Shown one piece after another: positions 1 to 13,900 of a stretch of 64,000 nt of DNA. Origin of the DNA: Eledone cirrhosa (lineage: Eukaryota); NCBI GenBank assembly GCA_964016885.1, contig OZ024743.1:312170001-312234000 (forward strand), written 5' to 3'. The position numbers and the translations under genes were made by a program. The notes under the pieces were generated by a model that worked only from the letters and a program-made list of their open reading frames with translations, was not told the origin of the DNA and did not search any database. Positions within the stretch are counted from its first letter, which is position 1, and every line of letters begins with the position of its first letter.

Positions 1-297
1 ACTATCATGTTTCTACTGACAGCCTGTAGATCTGTTTGTTGTTATACATATATATATATAATGATGTAGTGATTTAAATTTTTTTTTTACGTGAATTTAT
101 TTAAAATAATGAATTTATTCTGGTTATTTTTGTTTGTGGAAAACCAAACAGTTACTCTTGCTACTCTGCATTTATCATATTTTACCTTAAGTCAGTCTCA
201 CCGTAAATCAATATTCCCTCTTGTTTTCCTTTATTTCTTCTGTATTTCCAAATTCTTTGAGAGAAACCAAATGAGTATTTCTGAAAAAATAATCTTG

Positions 298-332
<35 letters not shown>

Positions 333-1041
333 CTTTATTGTTATAGAAAATTCTTCATGGAATATATTCGTTTTTAATCAGTTTCTTAGGCAGACTATAA
401 GTACGAGACAATTTTCGTTGATTTCTCTTAGACTTGGAATGGATATTAAAGGAATTGTCATTTACACTTGGACATTCCGGACATAATTTAATGGGAACTG
501 ATAAACAGAACATGTTTTCAGTAATTTAGCACAATTAAACTGCATTATCTAAAAACAATATATATATATATATATATATATAAAGTAACTATGAATATAT
601 AATTAACGTAATTTGTAGTGTTACACTACAGCATTGTGTATATAAATATATAAATATATTCCGATTGTATTTCCAGTGTATATAAATATATTTCAATTGT
701 ATTTTAAGCTCATTTATAAATATATTTTGTTTGTTGATGTTCTTTCGCTCTAAGTAGACGGCAATCTCCGATCAATAATTTCATTTAAATCAATTACAAT
801 GATTTTCTTTAAAATGATCTATAATGGTTATGAAATATAATTTATTTAATTTTAGACAATTTTTACTAATAAATAATTCTGAATTTCCAGATAAAATGAT
901 GTCCCAAACTTGCGAAATTTTCTCTTTTACTAATAAATCATTCGATTTTTTTACATATGTACCCCCCCCCCCCCCATATATATATGCATGTGTGTGTATA
1001 TATATATATATACGTGTGTATATATATGTATGTATATCCTT

Positions 1042-1675
1042 ATCGTCGCCCACTTATTCCTGAGAGGGTTGTTGGGGCAGAGTCCTCAAATACTCCTTCC
1101 AGTGGGTCCTGTCAAAAGCAACCATCTCCAACTGATCCTGCTGGTTCCCCAGCCAAGCCATTGGACCAATATCCAGACACATTGCTCGGGGTCTACCCCT
1201 GGGTCTCCTGCCGGTTGGTTTTGCCTGTAAAATCTGTCAGCTCTCAATCTATTCAGAGAAATAGTGGCTCTATCTGGAGTGACTCTCATCTCCGAGTTAC
1301 ACACTCTGTCAGGTATTATTTCTCCTTCGGAGGAACCCTGTTTCGGCCACTTATATTCGCGATCATATTCTTTCGGTCATTACCCAAGATTCATGACCAT
1401 AGGTAAAAGGTGGCACGAATGCCGAATTGAAGATAGTGAGTTTGGCTTTTACACATACATCACTTTTTCTGATTTCTGAACGCTGAAGCTGGTGTATTAC
1501 TGCACAAGCTCCTGCAATTCTTGCACTTAATTCAGCCTCCTGCCTTCCATCACTTGTGAACATGGCCCTGAGATACTTGAACTTCTCCACCTGCTTCACT
1601 GGAACTCCATTCACATGTACAGTGGACTGTGGAGGCTTCCTTGAGAGGACAAGTGTCTCAGTTTTCACTGTACTA
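1042..1675 (-). mobile_element. 5'-truncated RTE-clade LINE fragment
   Basis: Translation VKQVEKFKYL..FTSDG...ELSARI...KLTIFNS..VP..TYGHESW is typical of the post-RT region of RTE elements; related pieces at ~13590-13710 and ~27400-27740. Confidence 0.85.
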
Positions 1676-1689
1676 ATTGGTGACAAAAA

Positions 1690-1968
1690 CACCCAGTCCA
1701 CCCTGTAATAGTAGCCTATAGGAGGTTGTGCTGGTACCATGAGAAAAAAAGCACCATACTACCCTGTCAGATGGTCTTTTTGTTGCCACGATAAAAAACA
1801 TTCAGGCCACCCTGTTAAGTGGTTGGCATTAGGAAGGGCATCCAGCTGTAGAAATCAAGCCTATAACAGTTCTCTATCAGCAAGACATGGTCACCTGGTC
1901 GGACTTGTCTTATAACATGACAACCCATCTAACCCAAGCAACCATGGAAAATAGACATTTAATGGTGA
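1690..1968 (+). mobile_element. Abundant non-autonomous retro-repeat (GGAAGGGCATCCAGC core, ACCCATGC..GCATGGAAAA..(GAT)n tail)
   Basis: Same motifs recur at ~8620, 11200, 15850, 24590, 53050, 56660, 58590 and 58930 in both orientations. Confidence 0.7.
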
Positions 1969-4519
1969 ATATATATATATATATTAACTAGAAATTGATT
2001 GACATATATATATATATCTAAAATAAACATATGAAACAATGACAGGGAATAATTTGTAAAAGTGTGTAAGCGCACATAGCTAGGTAGGTAACTAATTAAA
2101 GTTTAACTAGAACTTTAAATATAGATACCTTATAAATTGATTAATCTTCCTTGTATATATTTCATTAAAGAAATATATTTCACCATCAATCGATCGGTAA
2201 ACCACAGTAGCCAAATCCCGGATTTTCAACAAGGGAGAAGATTTAACTATCTGTGTTTACACAGCAAATTCAAATCTGCGAATGACTAGCAGCACGTGTT
2301 GCATTTTTTTAAAATACGCATATTGTATCAGCTTCATCCCAGTGGCGTGAATAGGGTTATCGACAACTAGAAATAACAGCCGAGTCCTTTCAACTGAGTT
2401 AGCTCTACAATTAAGGGGCCATATATATATCCAAAATTAAATTAAGGGTGTCATGTCAGAGAGACATGCACCATATCCACTGCAGAATATGCTCCAAGAT
2501 TCCAATGAATAGATCCGAGCATTTTATATCAACTAGAAATTGATTGACATATATATATGTGGATATGGCGCAATTGATTGACATATATACAGTGGATATG
2601 GCGCATGTCTCTCTGACATGACACCCTTAATTTAATTTTGGATATATATATATATATATACACACACACTAACATTCACACACATATGCCCACTTACGTA
2701 TTGTGATAATTTACCAAGACTGAATGAGACTTCTGATAAGGGAGAGGAAAAATGAAAATAAAAGACATACAAAATTTACCAGAAAATACTAGGGAAAGCT
2801 TTCTAAACCTACTGTCAAAAGTGTTGGTCAGAATGTTTGTGGTATTCCATGTGGTTGTATGTCATAAGTGAAAACTGGAGAGTTTCTGTCTAGCGACCAG
2901 AGGTTAGAGTAGAAGACTTTTACTCAAGGTACCATACTGTGGAATCGATCCTGAAACTACATGGTTGCAACACAAACTTCTTCCTTAAACACAAAGCCAT
3001 GCCTGTGACTATTAGGCATATTGTCAAAAAATTTAAGATTGTTATTTTGATTCCATATCAAAAGATTGTAGTGAGAGTGTTGCAGTAGATTTGGCTGCCA
3101 CATCTGGTTGTAATTCCAAAAAGAAGTTCCCTTGCAACTTGAGTAGCTCTGGTTAAATAAAGGAGATTAGCATTACTTCATAATATTTTTATCATACAGC
3201 ATATTTCAATAGTCTGTTTTATGATAATTATATCTGCTCTATTAACATTGATCATCATCATTTAACATCTGTTTTCCCTGCTAGCAAGAGTTGTACAAGC
3301 CATTAACAGACTAGCTTGTTACTCAACTGGAGCTACTGACCTCTCAGATGGGCCAGAGGGCTGCATCTTGCTTATATACGTCACTGCACACTACTGAGTG
3401 CTCAGATGAGCCAACAGCCTGCAACTCACATGATTCTGTGCTCCACCAAATACATTTTATCATGACACCAGCATTAGGGAGGCTGTTATATCTTTGACAC
3501 AACTGATAAGTTTTCTCTACCTTTTTTTAGAATGTTTTTTTTATGGCTGGATGCTCTTCTCTTTATTATTTCACCAATCCTGTCATAAGTACATTAAGTC
3601 GATTCTAATATAACTATTTTAAAAAGGAAAAAAGAAAAAGACTTGATTGTCAGATTGCACCAAGGAAATAATGTTTCTATTTCTAATAAAATCTGCTTGT
3701 CACAAATCCTGGTAAAGAGAGGCAGGATTTAAACTCAGAATGCTCAGAACCAAAACAGATACTGGAAAGCATCAATCTGACTCTTTAACAAGTTTGCCAA
3801 TCCATAACTCCTTGATTAGCCCTTTATTTATCAACCCCCTAAAGGATGTGAGGCAAAGTTGAACATAGTGAGATAGAACAAATACTGAGTCATTTAATCT
3901 GACACTACTGATTCTGTCAATTTGTTGCCTATGAAGCAATAACCGAAAATCTTCTTCACCAAAAATATGTTCCTGCTGTCATGTTGATGTACCTTTTATG
4001 TCTAATACTATTAGTTATGGTATTAGTGGGAGTTATTAACATCTTATTTCCATTTTTCCATGTTAGCAAAGGTTGGATGAAGTGTTTCATGGGTGTTAAG
4101 AGACTGGAAATACAAGATATCCACTCCTAACTGTTATAATAGCCACTAAGTTTTTATAAGGCCTATATGGTATCATTTCATGCCAGCAAAAATCATCATT
4201 CACCATTGATTAACATCTGTAATAGTAAAGCACATATATATAAGGCATAAGACCTCAGATTTATAGAGAAGGATAAATGAAGAAGAGGTGATATTGCAGC
4301 TACTTTATACTTATAGCAGTTGGTGATGGGTGCCTGGATTATCAATCATCTGGCAGAATACTTTCCTACATAATCTGAATGGTTAAGTGAATGACTAATA
4401 TCTCATGATTAACACTAGAGAACTACATTCTATTAATAACTTCAATATTTGTCTGGAAATTAATAAAGACAAGTATAGTTAAATAATATGTATATATTGA
4501 TTAATTAGTTAAATACAAG

Positions 4520-5000
4520 GTTGGCTAGTGTATATAGAGAGGCTTCATTTTGCAGTGTGAAGGAAGGGTGTTGGAGTGAACTCCATTAAATGTACAATAT
4601 GTGTTGGGCGGTACACTGAAAATATAATGGTGTGAAAGGATCATTAAATAATGTGATAGTCACATTTATGTGTAAAGTGTGTATGGGGAAGCTTACAGAT
4701 GGAAAGTATATTGAGCTGGATCTTGGGAATGTTGTGTGAAGATGGAAAGTAAGAAAAATGTTTTATTACCTAGGAGATGTTAAAAGGAGAAGGTAGATCA
4801 GACTCCATGACAGTAACTAGAATAAGATGTACATAGAAGTTCCAGGAACTGAGAGGTGTGATAATGAGGAGGAGAGTGTTGAAACTGAAGACAAAGGTGT
4901 ATGCTGCACGAGGTGTGAGAAGTGTCATGATTTATGGAACAAGATATAGGTGATTAATATGGAACAACAGAGAAGGCTGAAAAGAACAGAAATGAGAATT
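4520..5000 (+). mobile_element. Degenerate RTE-like LINE fragment
   Basis: Decayed FYYLGD / RSVMIYG / RLERTEMR-like coding remnants; similar remnants at ~14330-14770 and ~22270-22500. Confidence 0.55.
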
Positions 5001-6219
5001 AATATTTTGCAGAGAACAATATAATCAGACTAAAAAACAGAGACAGAATAAGTTTGTTACCTTACCAAATTGTAAGTTGAAATTATTTTATTTAGGAGAA
5101 TGAGGTACATTGCTGGAAGGAGGGTGTACACATTGTAAAGCTAGCCTAGGGGTATTAAATACACAGGCTTTGGGCTTTGTAGAGATGACTTATGCAAAAT
5201 ATTGTTTGTTTATTTTTTACCAGAATATTTGTAGATCTACAGATGCTATATTTCTAGTGATAGTTCTGAAAATTCAGATCATAGTGAACTTGAAGGTACA
5301 TCAAATATTTTGTGTTAAAAACAAGTCTGACTATGTTTATGCTGTTTGGTTTCAGGTTCAATCTCACTGTATGACATTTTGGGCAAGTGACTTTTACTAT
5401 AACTTTAGGTGGTTCAATGTCTTGTGAGTGAAATTTGGTTGACAAACTTTGTAGAAGCCTATTATATATATGTATATATGCATATGTGCCCATTTGTTTA
5501 TGTCCTGTAATTTAGCAGTTTGAGAAAAAGCAATCGATAAAATAAATACCAAACTTGAAAAAATAAGTACTGGGGCTGATATAGTTGACTAAAAACCCAT
5601 AAAAGAGTGAATGTTTGTATTAAAAATATTTCTATGACTATATTTATTGCTATACCATCAATGTTATTATAGAAGTAGTTGCATTAGTTATACCATTTCA
5701 AAATGTGATGAATACATTCCTTACATGCTTTGATGTTTTTAGTTTCAAAAGCTGTCAATTTAATTCCTTATCTTTATATAACCCACTTTTACATATGATA
5801 GTCACTTGGTAATTATTATTGAAACACTGTTGTTATTTTGTTAAAATAACGTCAGCGTTGTTATATTGTTTGAAGTGATAGTAACACAAAAAACAACATA
5901 ATAGAATAGGAAATGATTGTGCTGGACAAAATACCTGACATAAATAAACAAAAAGGAAACAGTCATTGGACTAAAGCCATGAGACATTCCTGGTTTGAGC
6001 GCTGAAGTGGGAAGTAATAGGACAGGTTCAGGTTGTGTACCATTTACTTCTTTCTCAACTTACTTAATTTAGTAATCCTGCTGAGATTACCTTTTCATTC
6101 TTATGAAGTCAATAAAATAAAGTACCAGTAATGCACTAGGGTCGATTTAATCAACTTCCCCTCCCTCAAAATTGTTGGCCTTGTGCCTAAATCAGAAACC
6201 ATTATTTAGTAGTTTAGTA

Positions 6220-6545
6220 GGTGCAGGCATGGCTGTGTGGTTAAGGAGTTTACTTCACAACCACATGGTTTCAAGTTCAGTCTCATTGCATAGCACCATT
6301 GGCAAGTGTCTCCTGCCTTAGGTCAACGAATGCCTAGTAAGTAATATTTGGTACACAAACTGTGTAGAATCCTGTTGTGTGTGAGTGTTTGTGTTTACAT
6401 TTATGTCTCCTATCTTAGTGGTTCAACAAAATGTACCAGACTTAGAAAAAATTATAACTGCTGGGTCAATATGATTGACTAAACCCCTTCAAGGTGGTGC
6501 TCCATCATGAGTGCAGTCTAATGACTGAAATAAGTAAAAAAATAA
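6220..6545 (+). mobile_element. Second tRNA-derived SINE-like family
   Basis: TGGCTGTGTGGTTAAG A-box-like head, GGTTCA B-box-like segment; related copies at ~5330, 29520(-), 35740(-), 43750(-), 46630(-), 53640(-). Confidence 0.6.
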
Positions 6546-7179
6546 AAGAGCTGTTTATATATAGCCAATCTCTCTGACTTTTATGCAGCACTGAGGGGAT
6601 AAAGTTAATATAAAGAGTGGTGTGCTCTTATGTGGATATGATATAAAATAGCTTTTATAAAATAGGGTGAAAACCTGCAAAGACGGAAAAAGAAGTTGTC
6701 ATCTGTCGCCATGAGGAATCAAACCTCATAGTGGTTGATGGCAACTTCTTTTTCCATCTTTAAGGGTCTTCACTCTATTCTATAGCATCTCTGTGTATGA
6801 GCACACCACTCGTTATATTAAAAGAGTTGTTATTGTTCTTTAGTCCTAGATCAATTCTAATCAACCAAAGCTATGATCAGAGATATTCCACCTTTGATCA
6901 TCCTTTCATCATTTGTGCGTTTATCTGATGTGTACTCATTTTAAAATAATAGGATGGAATCTGAAGAAAATTCAGCTGCTATTTTTTGTTGGTTGAACAA
7001 CTACATAGAGGCATGCTTATACTTTTGTTGTTTTGGGTTCAAATCCTGCTGAAGTTAACTTTATTTTTTTTATCTTTAGGAAGATGAAATAAGTATCAGT
7101 GATTTACTATATTTAATTGACTACAAATCCTCTCCCCAAATTTGGGGTTTTGTGTCCAAATTAAAAATCATTATTATTG

Positions 7180-7368
7180 TGAATTGGCAGTATCGGTAGA
7201 GGGTCGGACGCCATGCTTTGACGCATAGAGTTATGGCCTTTGCCATTCTGAGTTCAAATCCTGCTGAGGTTAACTTTGCCTTTCATCCTTACGGGGTCGA
7301 TAAAATAAAGTACCAGTAATACACTGGGTAATTGCTGGCCTTGTGCCAAAAGTAGAAACAATTATTAT
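7180..7368 (+). mobile_element. tRNA-derived SINE copy (same family as 9383)
   Basis: Near-identical body. Confidence 0.88.
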
Positions 7369-7810
7369 TGAATTGACAGAATTGGAAGAACCTCAGACAA
7401 AATACTTATGGTATTTAATTATAGCTTTATCCCTACTCAGTTCAAACATCAACTTTTCTTTCATTTTTTTAAATTGATGTTTGGAACATGACCTGTCAAA
7501 GGTTCTTAGATAAGATTATGATGGAAGGTTAATAAATAAATATAAACACTTTAAAATAAACAGTATATATTAGGGAGCTATAGGCAGCTCCAGGCAGTTT
7601 TGTTGCAAAAGGGTTAAAGGAAGCATAGTAATGTGTTTTGCTTATATGACAACGTTTCAACTTGTGGTAAATGCCTTAACTTTGAATCCAATTTATCATT
7701 TAATAAAATATATATTTCTGTTTTAGTCTTTGCAGCTTCCAACTAACTATCTATGAGATTGACGTTTCCTGCATTATTTAATTATAATTTTTTATTAAAT
7801 ACTTTTACAG

Positions 7811-7936
7811 AACTCTGTCCTCTATAAACACCTCATTGATGCAGGGGTCACTGATATACCGGTCGAGAAAACCACTTCAAGATCTGAACAGAAAAAAGAA
7901 GTCGAAGATGAAGCTGTTCCTGCTTTTACACCAGAA
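7811..7936 (+). CDS. VEZT: Vezatin exon (NSVLYKHLIDAGVTD...FTPE)
   Basis: ttttacAG acceptor, GTtagt donor, 126 nt, phase 0/0; resembles vezatin N-terminal NSPLY motif. Confidence 0.85.
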
Positions 7937-10900
7937 GTTAGTTCTTTATTCTGCATGTGGGACTTAAATGTCTTATTTTTATATCTTTTTGTCTTTATAT
8001 GATAATGAAGTCATTATTATCTCAACATAAGGGCAGAAGATTGGTAGTAATCGGGAGAGCATTGGACAACATGCTTTGCAGTATAGAGTTACAGCTCTTT
8101 ACATTCTGAGTTCAAATCCCGCTGAGGCTGCTTTGCCTTTCATCCTTATGAGGTCGATAAAAAAAATACCAGTAACATACGTCATTTATCAACTTTCCCC
8201 TCTCCTCCCCCAAAATTGTTGGTCTTGTGCCTAAATCAGAAACCATTTTTTTGTCATAATTATCACACCAGGGTCTACTTTGCCTCTCCTCCTTCCAGGG
8301 TTGATAAAATAATAAGATATATCTTTTATGTCTGTTTTTACCATGCTTGCATGGGTTGGATGGATCCTCTCTAAAGTAGCATCTTGCAATTTGTTGCCTT
8401 CCTTTGTATTGCTCAGCATTCTGAGATCAGCTTTTACTACTTCTGCTTATTCTACAGCTTCTCAGTTCTTTACCCAACTGTCATTATTCATATGCATTAC
8501 ATGTCTATACCAGCACAATCTTCTCTCTTGCTTACATCTGATTCCTCTTATACTTAGTTTTTCTCTCAATTCATCTCTGCTTCATTGTTTATACATACTA
8601 ACGTTACAAGTAATCATCATCATTACCACCATTTAATGTCCATTTTTCCATGCTAGCATTGGTTAGACGAGTTGTCCCATTGTGAAACAAGCCAGAACAG
8701 ATGACAGTGTTTTGCTGATACAGAACTGATTCTGGTTTGGTTTCTATGGCTAGATGTCCTTCATAATGCCGACCACATTTACAATGTGTACTGGGTGCTT
8801 TTTATTGTGGCACCATAATATAAAATAAAACTTGGTGTTTATCCCGGTTTCTGTGGCGTGAAGCAACTGAGAGAACAAGACTTCCCCCTGGACAGGATGC
8901 CAGTCTATCATAGGGTTAAACCCCCAGCTATGCTGGTACTCATTTTCAGCTGAGTATACTGGAGCAACATGAAATGAAGTGTTTTGCTCAAGAACACCAC
9001 ATACAACCCATCTAAGAATCAACCCCATTATATATGGATTGGCAGTATCGGTAGAGGGTCTGACGCTAGCTTTGCAGCAAAGAGTTACGCCCCTTTATGG
9101 TTTGAGTTCAAATCCCGCCGAGGTTAACTTTGCCTTTCATCCTTACGGGGTCGATAAAATAAAGTACCAGTAATGCACTGGATAATTGCTGGCCTTGTGC
9201 CAAAAGTAGAAACAATTATATTATGATTGTAAGTCCAACATCCTTACCACTATGCCACACATCCCCACAATATAAAATAAGTACTAATAAAATACTAGAG
9301 GCTAGTTTACTCAACTATTTCTCTTCCCACAAAAATTTGTGGTCTTATGTCTAAGTTAGAACTCATTATTTCATGTTGAGCAGGGCGGTGGATTGGCAGT
9401 ATCGGTAGAGGGTCGGACGCCATGCTTTCCAGCAGAGTTACGTCCCTTTACGATCTGAGTTCAAATCCCGCCGAGGTTAACTTTGCCTTTCATCCTTACG
9501 GGGTCGATAAAATAAAGTACCAGTAATGTACTGGGTATTTGCTGGCCTTGTGCCAAATGTAGAAACAATTATTTCATGTTGAGCACTATTTTCATATTGT
9601 AAATTGTTTGCCTAGTCATAAGAAACATATTTATATCAGAGGTGTGTATGAAAACATACACATGCACGTATGTGTGTGTGTCTGTATATATCATGACTCT
9701 TACACTGTTCACTTTCTTGACATTTTACATTATTCTATGTACTGTACATGCACCTTTGACAAGTTGTAGTGCACCTGAGCACTGTACACAATAATTTTCA
9801 TTTCATTATTATTATTGGATTGGCAGTATCAGTAGAGGGTCAGACGTCATGCTTTCCAGTATAGTTACGTCCCTTTACGATCTGAGTTCAAATCCCGCCA
9901 AGGTTGACTTTGCCTTTCATCCTTATGGGGTCGATAAAATAAAGTACCAGTAATTGCTGGCCTTGTGCCAAAAGTAGAAACAATTATTATTATATGATAT
10001 GTTTATGTACAATAAACATGTTTTCATATACAGGGTTTTCATATACAGGGTGTCTGGACGATAATATGGAGTTAATGCATCGAATTCATGTGAATCTCGC
10101 AAAACACATCTAACTTTGCATCACAACTGTTTGAAATCACATTGAAGATGTTATTTATTATTATTTTCAATTAAATAAAATGTTGAACTTTTTAAATTGA
10201 AAATATGCATTTTGCCTGTGTGTCCAGACTTTAGGGATGCCCTGTACACCCGTATTATGCTCATCGTTATCTTACTGCTACTGCTAATATGTTTATGTTT
10301 CAACTATTTGATTATATCAATTTTAACTCTTTTTTTTTTCAGAAGCATAATAATGTGCAAATTAACATGGAGCTTGTGAAACATGCCTTTAGAAAACTGA
10401 AAGAGTTTTTTTCATTTGACCTTTTTATCATACAAATGGTGAGATTTATTCATTGACTGTGATGTTTATTGAACCAGTATCTAATATTGTTAAAATATAG
10501 TTAATATATATTAACTGTAAATATTTAGTAGTTAGAGAATTGGATTAGCAATTGTAAGGTTGTGATTTCGATTGCCAATCCTAGTTTTATGTATTTTCTG
10601 CTAAATCATTACAGAATATTAAGAGTTATAACCACTTTCTATTTTCTGTTTTTCTAGTATTGTCATTTCAACCGTCAGATTCTATATCAAATGGTCCACA
10701 GCAATTCTTTGGAAGATGATGATAAAATATTTCTAGAAAATTTCATAGCAGAAACAGAAAATGTTTCAAATTCTTGGAAGCCTCAAACATTCATTTTATG
10801 CTGGTAAGTTGCAAAACGTTTGGAATATTATTTTTTTGCTAAAAATGTTGACAAAATTATCCATTATGCTACTGTAGAAACTAGTTGTTGAAATAAGACT

Positions 10901-13900
10901 CACATTGTATTTTTGATAGTTATATGCTCATCAAATCAGGATAAAAAGTATTTCTGATAAATATTTATAATTAACATCATGTATATGTAGCCGATCTCTT
11001 AGATTTTGATGAAAAGAACGGTGTGCTCATGTGTGGAGCTGCTATAAAATAGGCTGAAGACCCTTACAGATGGAAAAAGAAGTTGCAGCTGATGGCAACT
11101 TCATTTTCCGTCTTTAAGAATTTTCACCTTATTTTAAACAAGCTATCTTATAGCATATCTGTGCATGAGCTCACCATTCTTAATATTAAATTTATAATTA
11201 TCATCATCATTTTATGTTCGCTTTCTATGCTAACATGGACAGGACAAAATGTCACAGTCTGAGACTGGATAGGACAGGAGCGCTACATCTTGTTCATATT
11301 TTCCATATTTGGTATGGTTTCTACAGTTGGGTGCTGTTTCTAATGCCTATCAACTTGCAGGGTGTACTGGGGGCATTTTATCATGGCACTATCACTGTCA
11401 TTTCACAGAGTGTACGAGGAGCATTTTATTATGGTACCAGCACTATCACTTTAGAGTGTCCTAGGGGCATTTTATCATGGTACCTGTTATAATATGTTGA
11501 GAGATGCTGTCCTGAAAAAGATCTGTCCAACCCATGCAAGCCTGGAAAAGAGGACATATGATGACATCTAATACAAATGTGTCTGCTGTTAATTGCATTT
11601 ATTATAAATATTGTGAGTTATACTCTCTCTCTATCTCCTCTTTCTCTCTCTCCACTCGTCCCTCTCTGTCTATCTCCTCTTTCTCTCCCTCTCCTTGTCT
11701 CTCTTTCTCTCTATCTCTTCTTTCTCTCTCACCCTCTTCTCTCTTTCCCCTAACCTCACAGTGTAGAACAGATGAAACAGTCTCTTTAGCAATCCAAAAG
11801 TTTATTTAAATACTTAAAGTTGGACGATTGTAAATGTAATTCCTTTTAGGTTCTCTTAAGATCAGCTTAATAGGTTTGAAATTTCAGTGAATAATCTGAG
11901 CAGACCAATCAATCGTTTAATATTTTTTCATCCTAACTCTTAACTCTTTTGATACCACTCTGACCCAAACCACCACTGTTTCTATAAAAGAAAACCACCC
12001 ATTTTAAAGGGTTCCTATTTAAATTAAAACCTTCCAACACAATTTGACATAAGAACATTTTGTTATTACCATGTAAATAATGAAATAATTAATAATTTTG
12101 GTAAAACATTTTTCATTAATTGATTGAAACAGTCAATTTCATTAGAAATATGCTCACAAAACTGTTAAGATACAAATTTTATATTTATTGTCTTATTGTC
12201 TCCATTAGATGAAATTACTAAAATAACAAAAATATGTTTTATTTCTGTTTATATTTTTCAGTTTATACCCAATCCTTATCTTCCTTTCTCTATATTTATT
12301 GTGCCTTTATAGTCCAGTGGCTGCCATGCTTATTATGAATCCATACATTTGCTTGTTTCGACTATTAGTGAAATTCTATATCCTCTTTCTGGTTGTGCTC
12401 ATGTGTGCAATCATTTGGCACATATTGATTTTAAAACATACTGCCGGCTGTGTCAAAGCTCTTATTCAACAAGTTGAGGATGCATATTTACTTTTCAAGA
12501 AATCACTGCGATTGATTCAAGAAGTAGAACTCGTGCAAAGAGGATTTACATTGTAAGTAGGAACATGTGTATTTTGAAATTACCAAGCATTGGTTATCTC
12601 TTAACATCTGTACTGCATGAAACTTTTTATTCTAGTCCTGTAAATGTTCACAATCATCTCTGTCCACTATAAATGCTATTACTATAAATATTTGAATTAA
12701 TAAACATTATAAAGTCCACATTAGCAAGACATTATTGACAAGTATAAAACAGCACTATGACTACATTGCATAAAAACATTTTAAATTGAAATCTTTACTC
12801 TAATACTGCAAATGTTCACAACAATCTGTCCATTAGTAAAGGTAGTATAAACATTTGAATTTAAAAAATTGTTTTTAGAATTCTTTTTAATCATTACAGG
12901 ATGTTAATAATGTTCTGAAAAGATAGAGTGTAGTTGGTTTTTACATAATCACTCTTTATTTAACTAAATTTATTTCATTTTAATTTAATTTTTTATGAAT
13001 TATATCAACTTTAATTTAATGTGTGTACTCAGTTTAGAATGGATCTGCAGGTTGTAATGGATGACTAAAAGGGTAGGTGCCAGGAAGGGCATCTTGCCAT
13101 AAAACATTGTTCCCAAATGGATCTCTTAATAAATATGAAGCTTATTGTGAGGCCTTCAAGGCTTATCCCTGCTTTAGCAGCGGAAAATGGTTGTAAATCA
13201 CTTGTGGTATTAACATTGATTTAATACTTACATTATGTGTGGACGCAGTATATCATTCACTTCACAGTCATTAAGTCCTGAGTTTGATCCCACTGTGTGG
13301 GCAAATGTTATTTATCGTAGACTCAGATTGACTCAAGGCTTGAGAATAAAATTAGGTAGATGGGAACTGCTTGGAAGCCTGTCAGATGGATGGTACCTGT
13401 AATTCAAGGGATCAACTTTGTCACATACTACACCATGCTGAATTTCCCTGAGAATCATGTTAGGGGTACATATATCTGTGGAATGCTCAGTCACTTGTTA
13501 ATTTCACAAGACACTGATCTCCAAATTAACGATGGTTCATTCCGTTCCAGCTTACATTACTTATGACAATTCTAAATTTGAACTACTACTACTCCCACTT
13601 ATTCCTGAATGGGTCATGGGGGAAGAGTCCTCAAGCACTTCTTTTATCGGTTCCTGTCAGAAGCAACCATCTCCAATTGATCTGGATGGATCTCCAAGCA
13701 AGCCCAGCCGATCTCATGAATGTTATCCAACCAACTTGCTAATATGAATTAGTTTTGTTATGTGTTCTTTGTTTAATAAGAGTAAATTTGTTAATTTTGC
13801 TAGAGTCAGCAATCAGATGTCTCTAAAATCTGGACAGTCTGCTAGTAAATATAATCGTCTTTGTCCTGAACTCCGTAAATTAGTTTTCATCTCAGCTCGG

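Noticed and set aside
91-1063. ORFs at the window start
   Set aside because: Driven by (TA)n/(TG)n and AT-rich sequence; no recognisable protein
4275-4300. NEEEVILQ as the missing first vezatin exon (cf. DEEVVFE)
   Set aside because: No GT donor at the required phase-0 position and no convincing in-frame ATG; the first exon is probably outside the window or unrecognised
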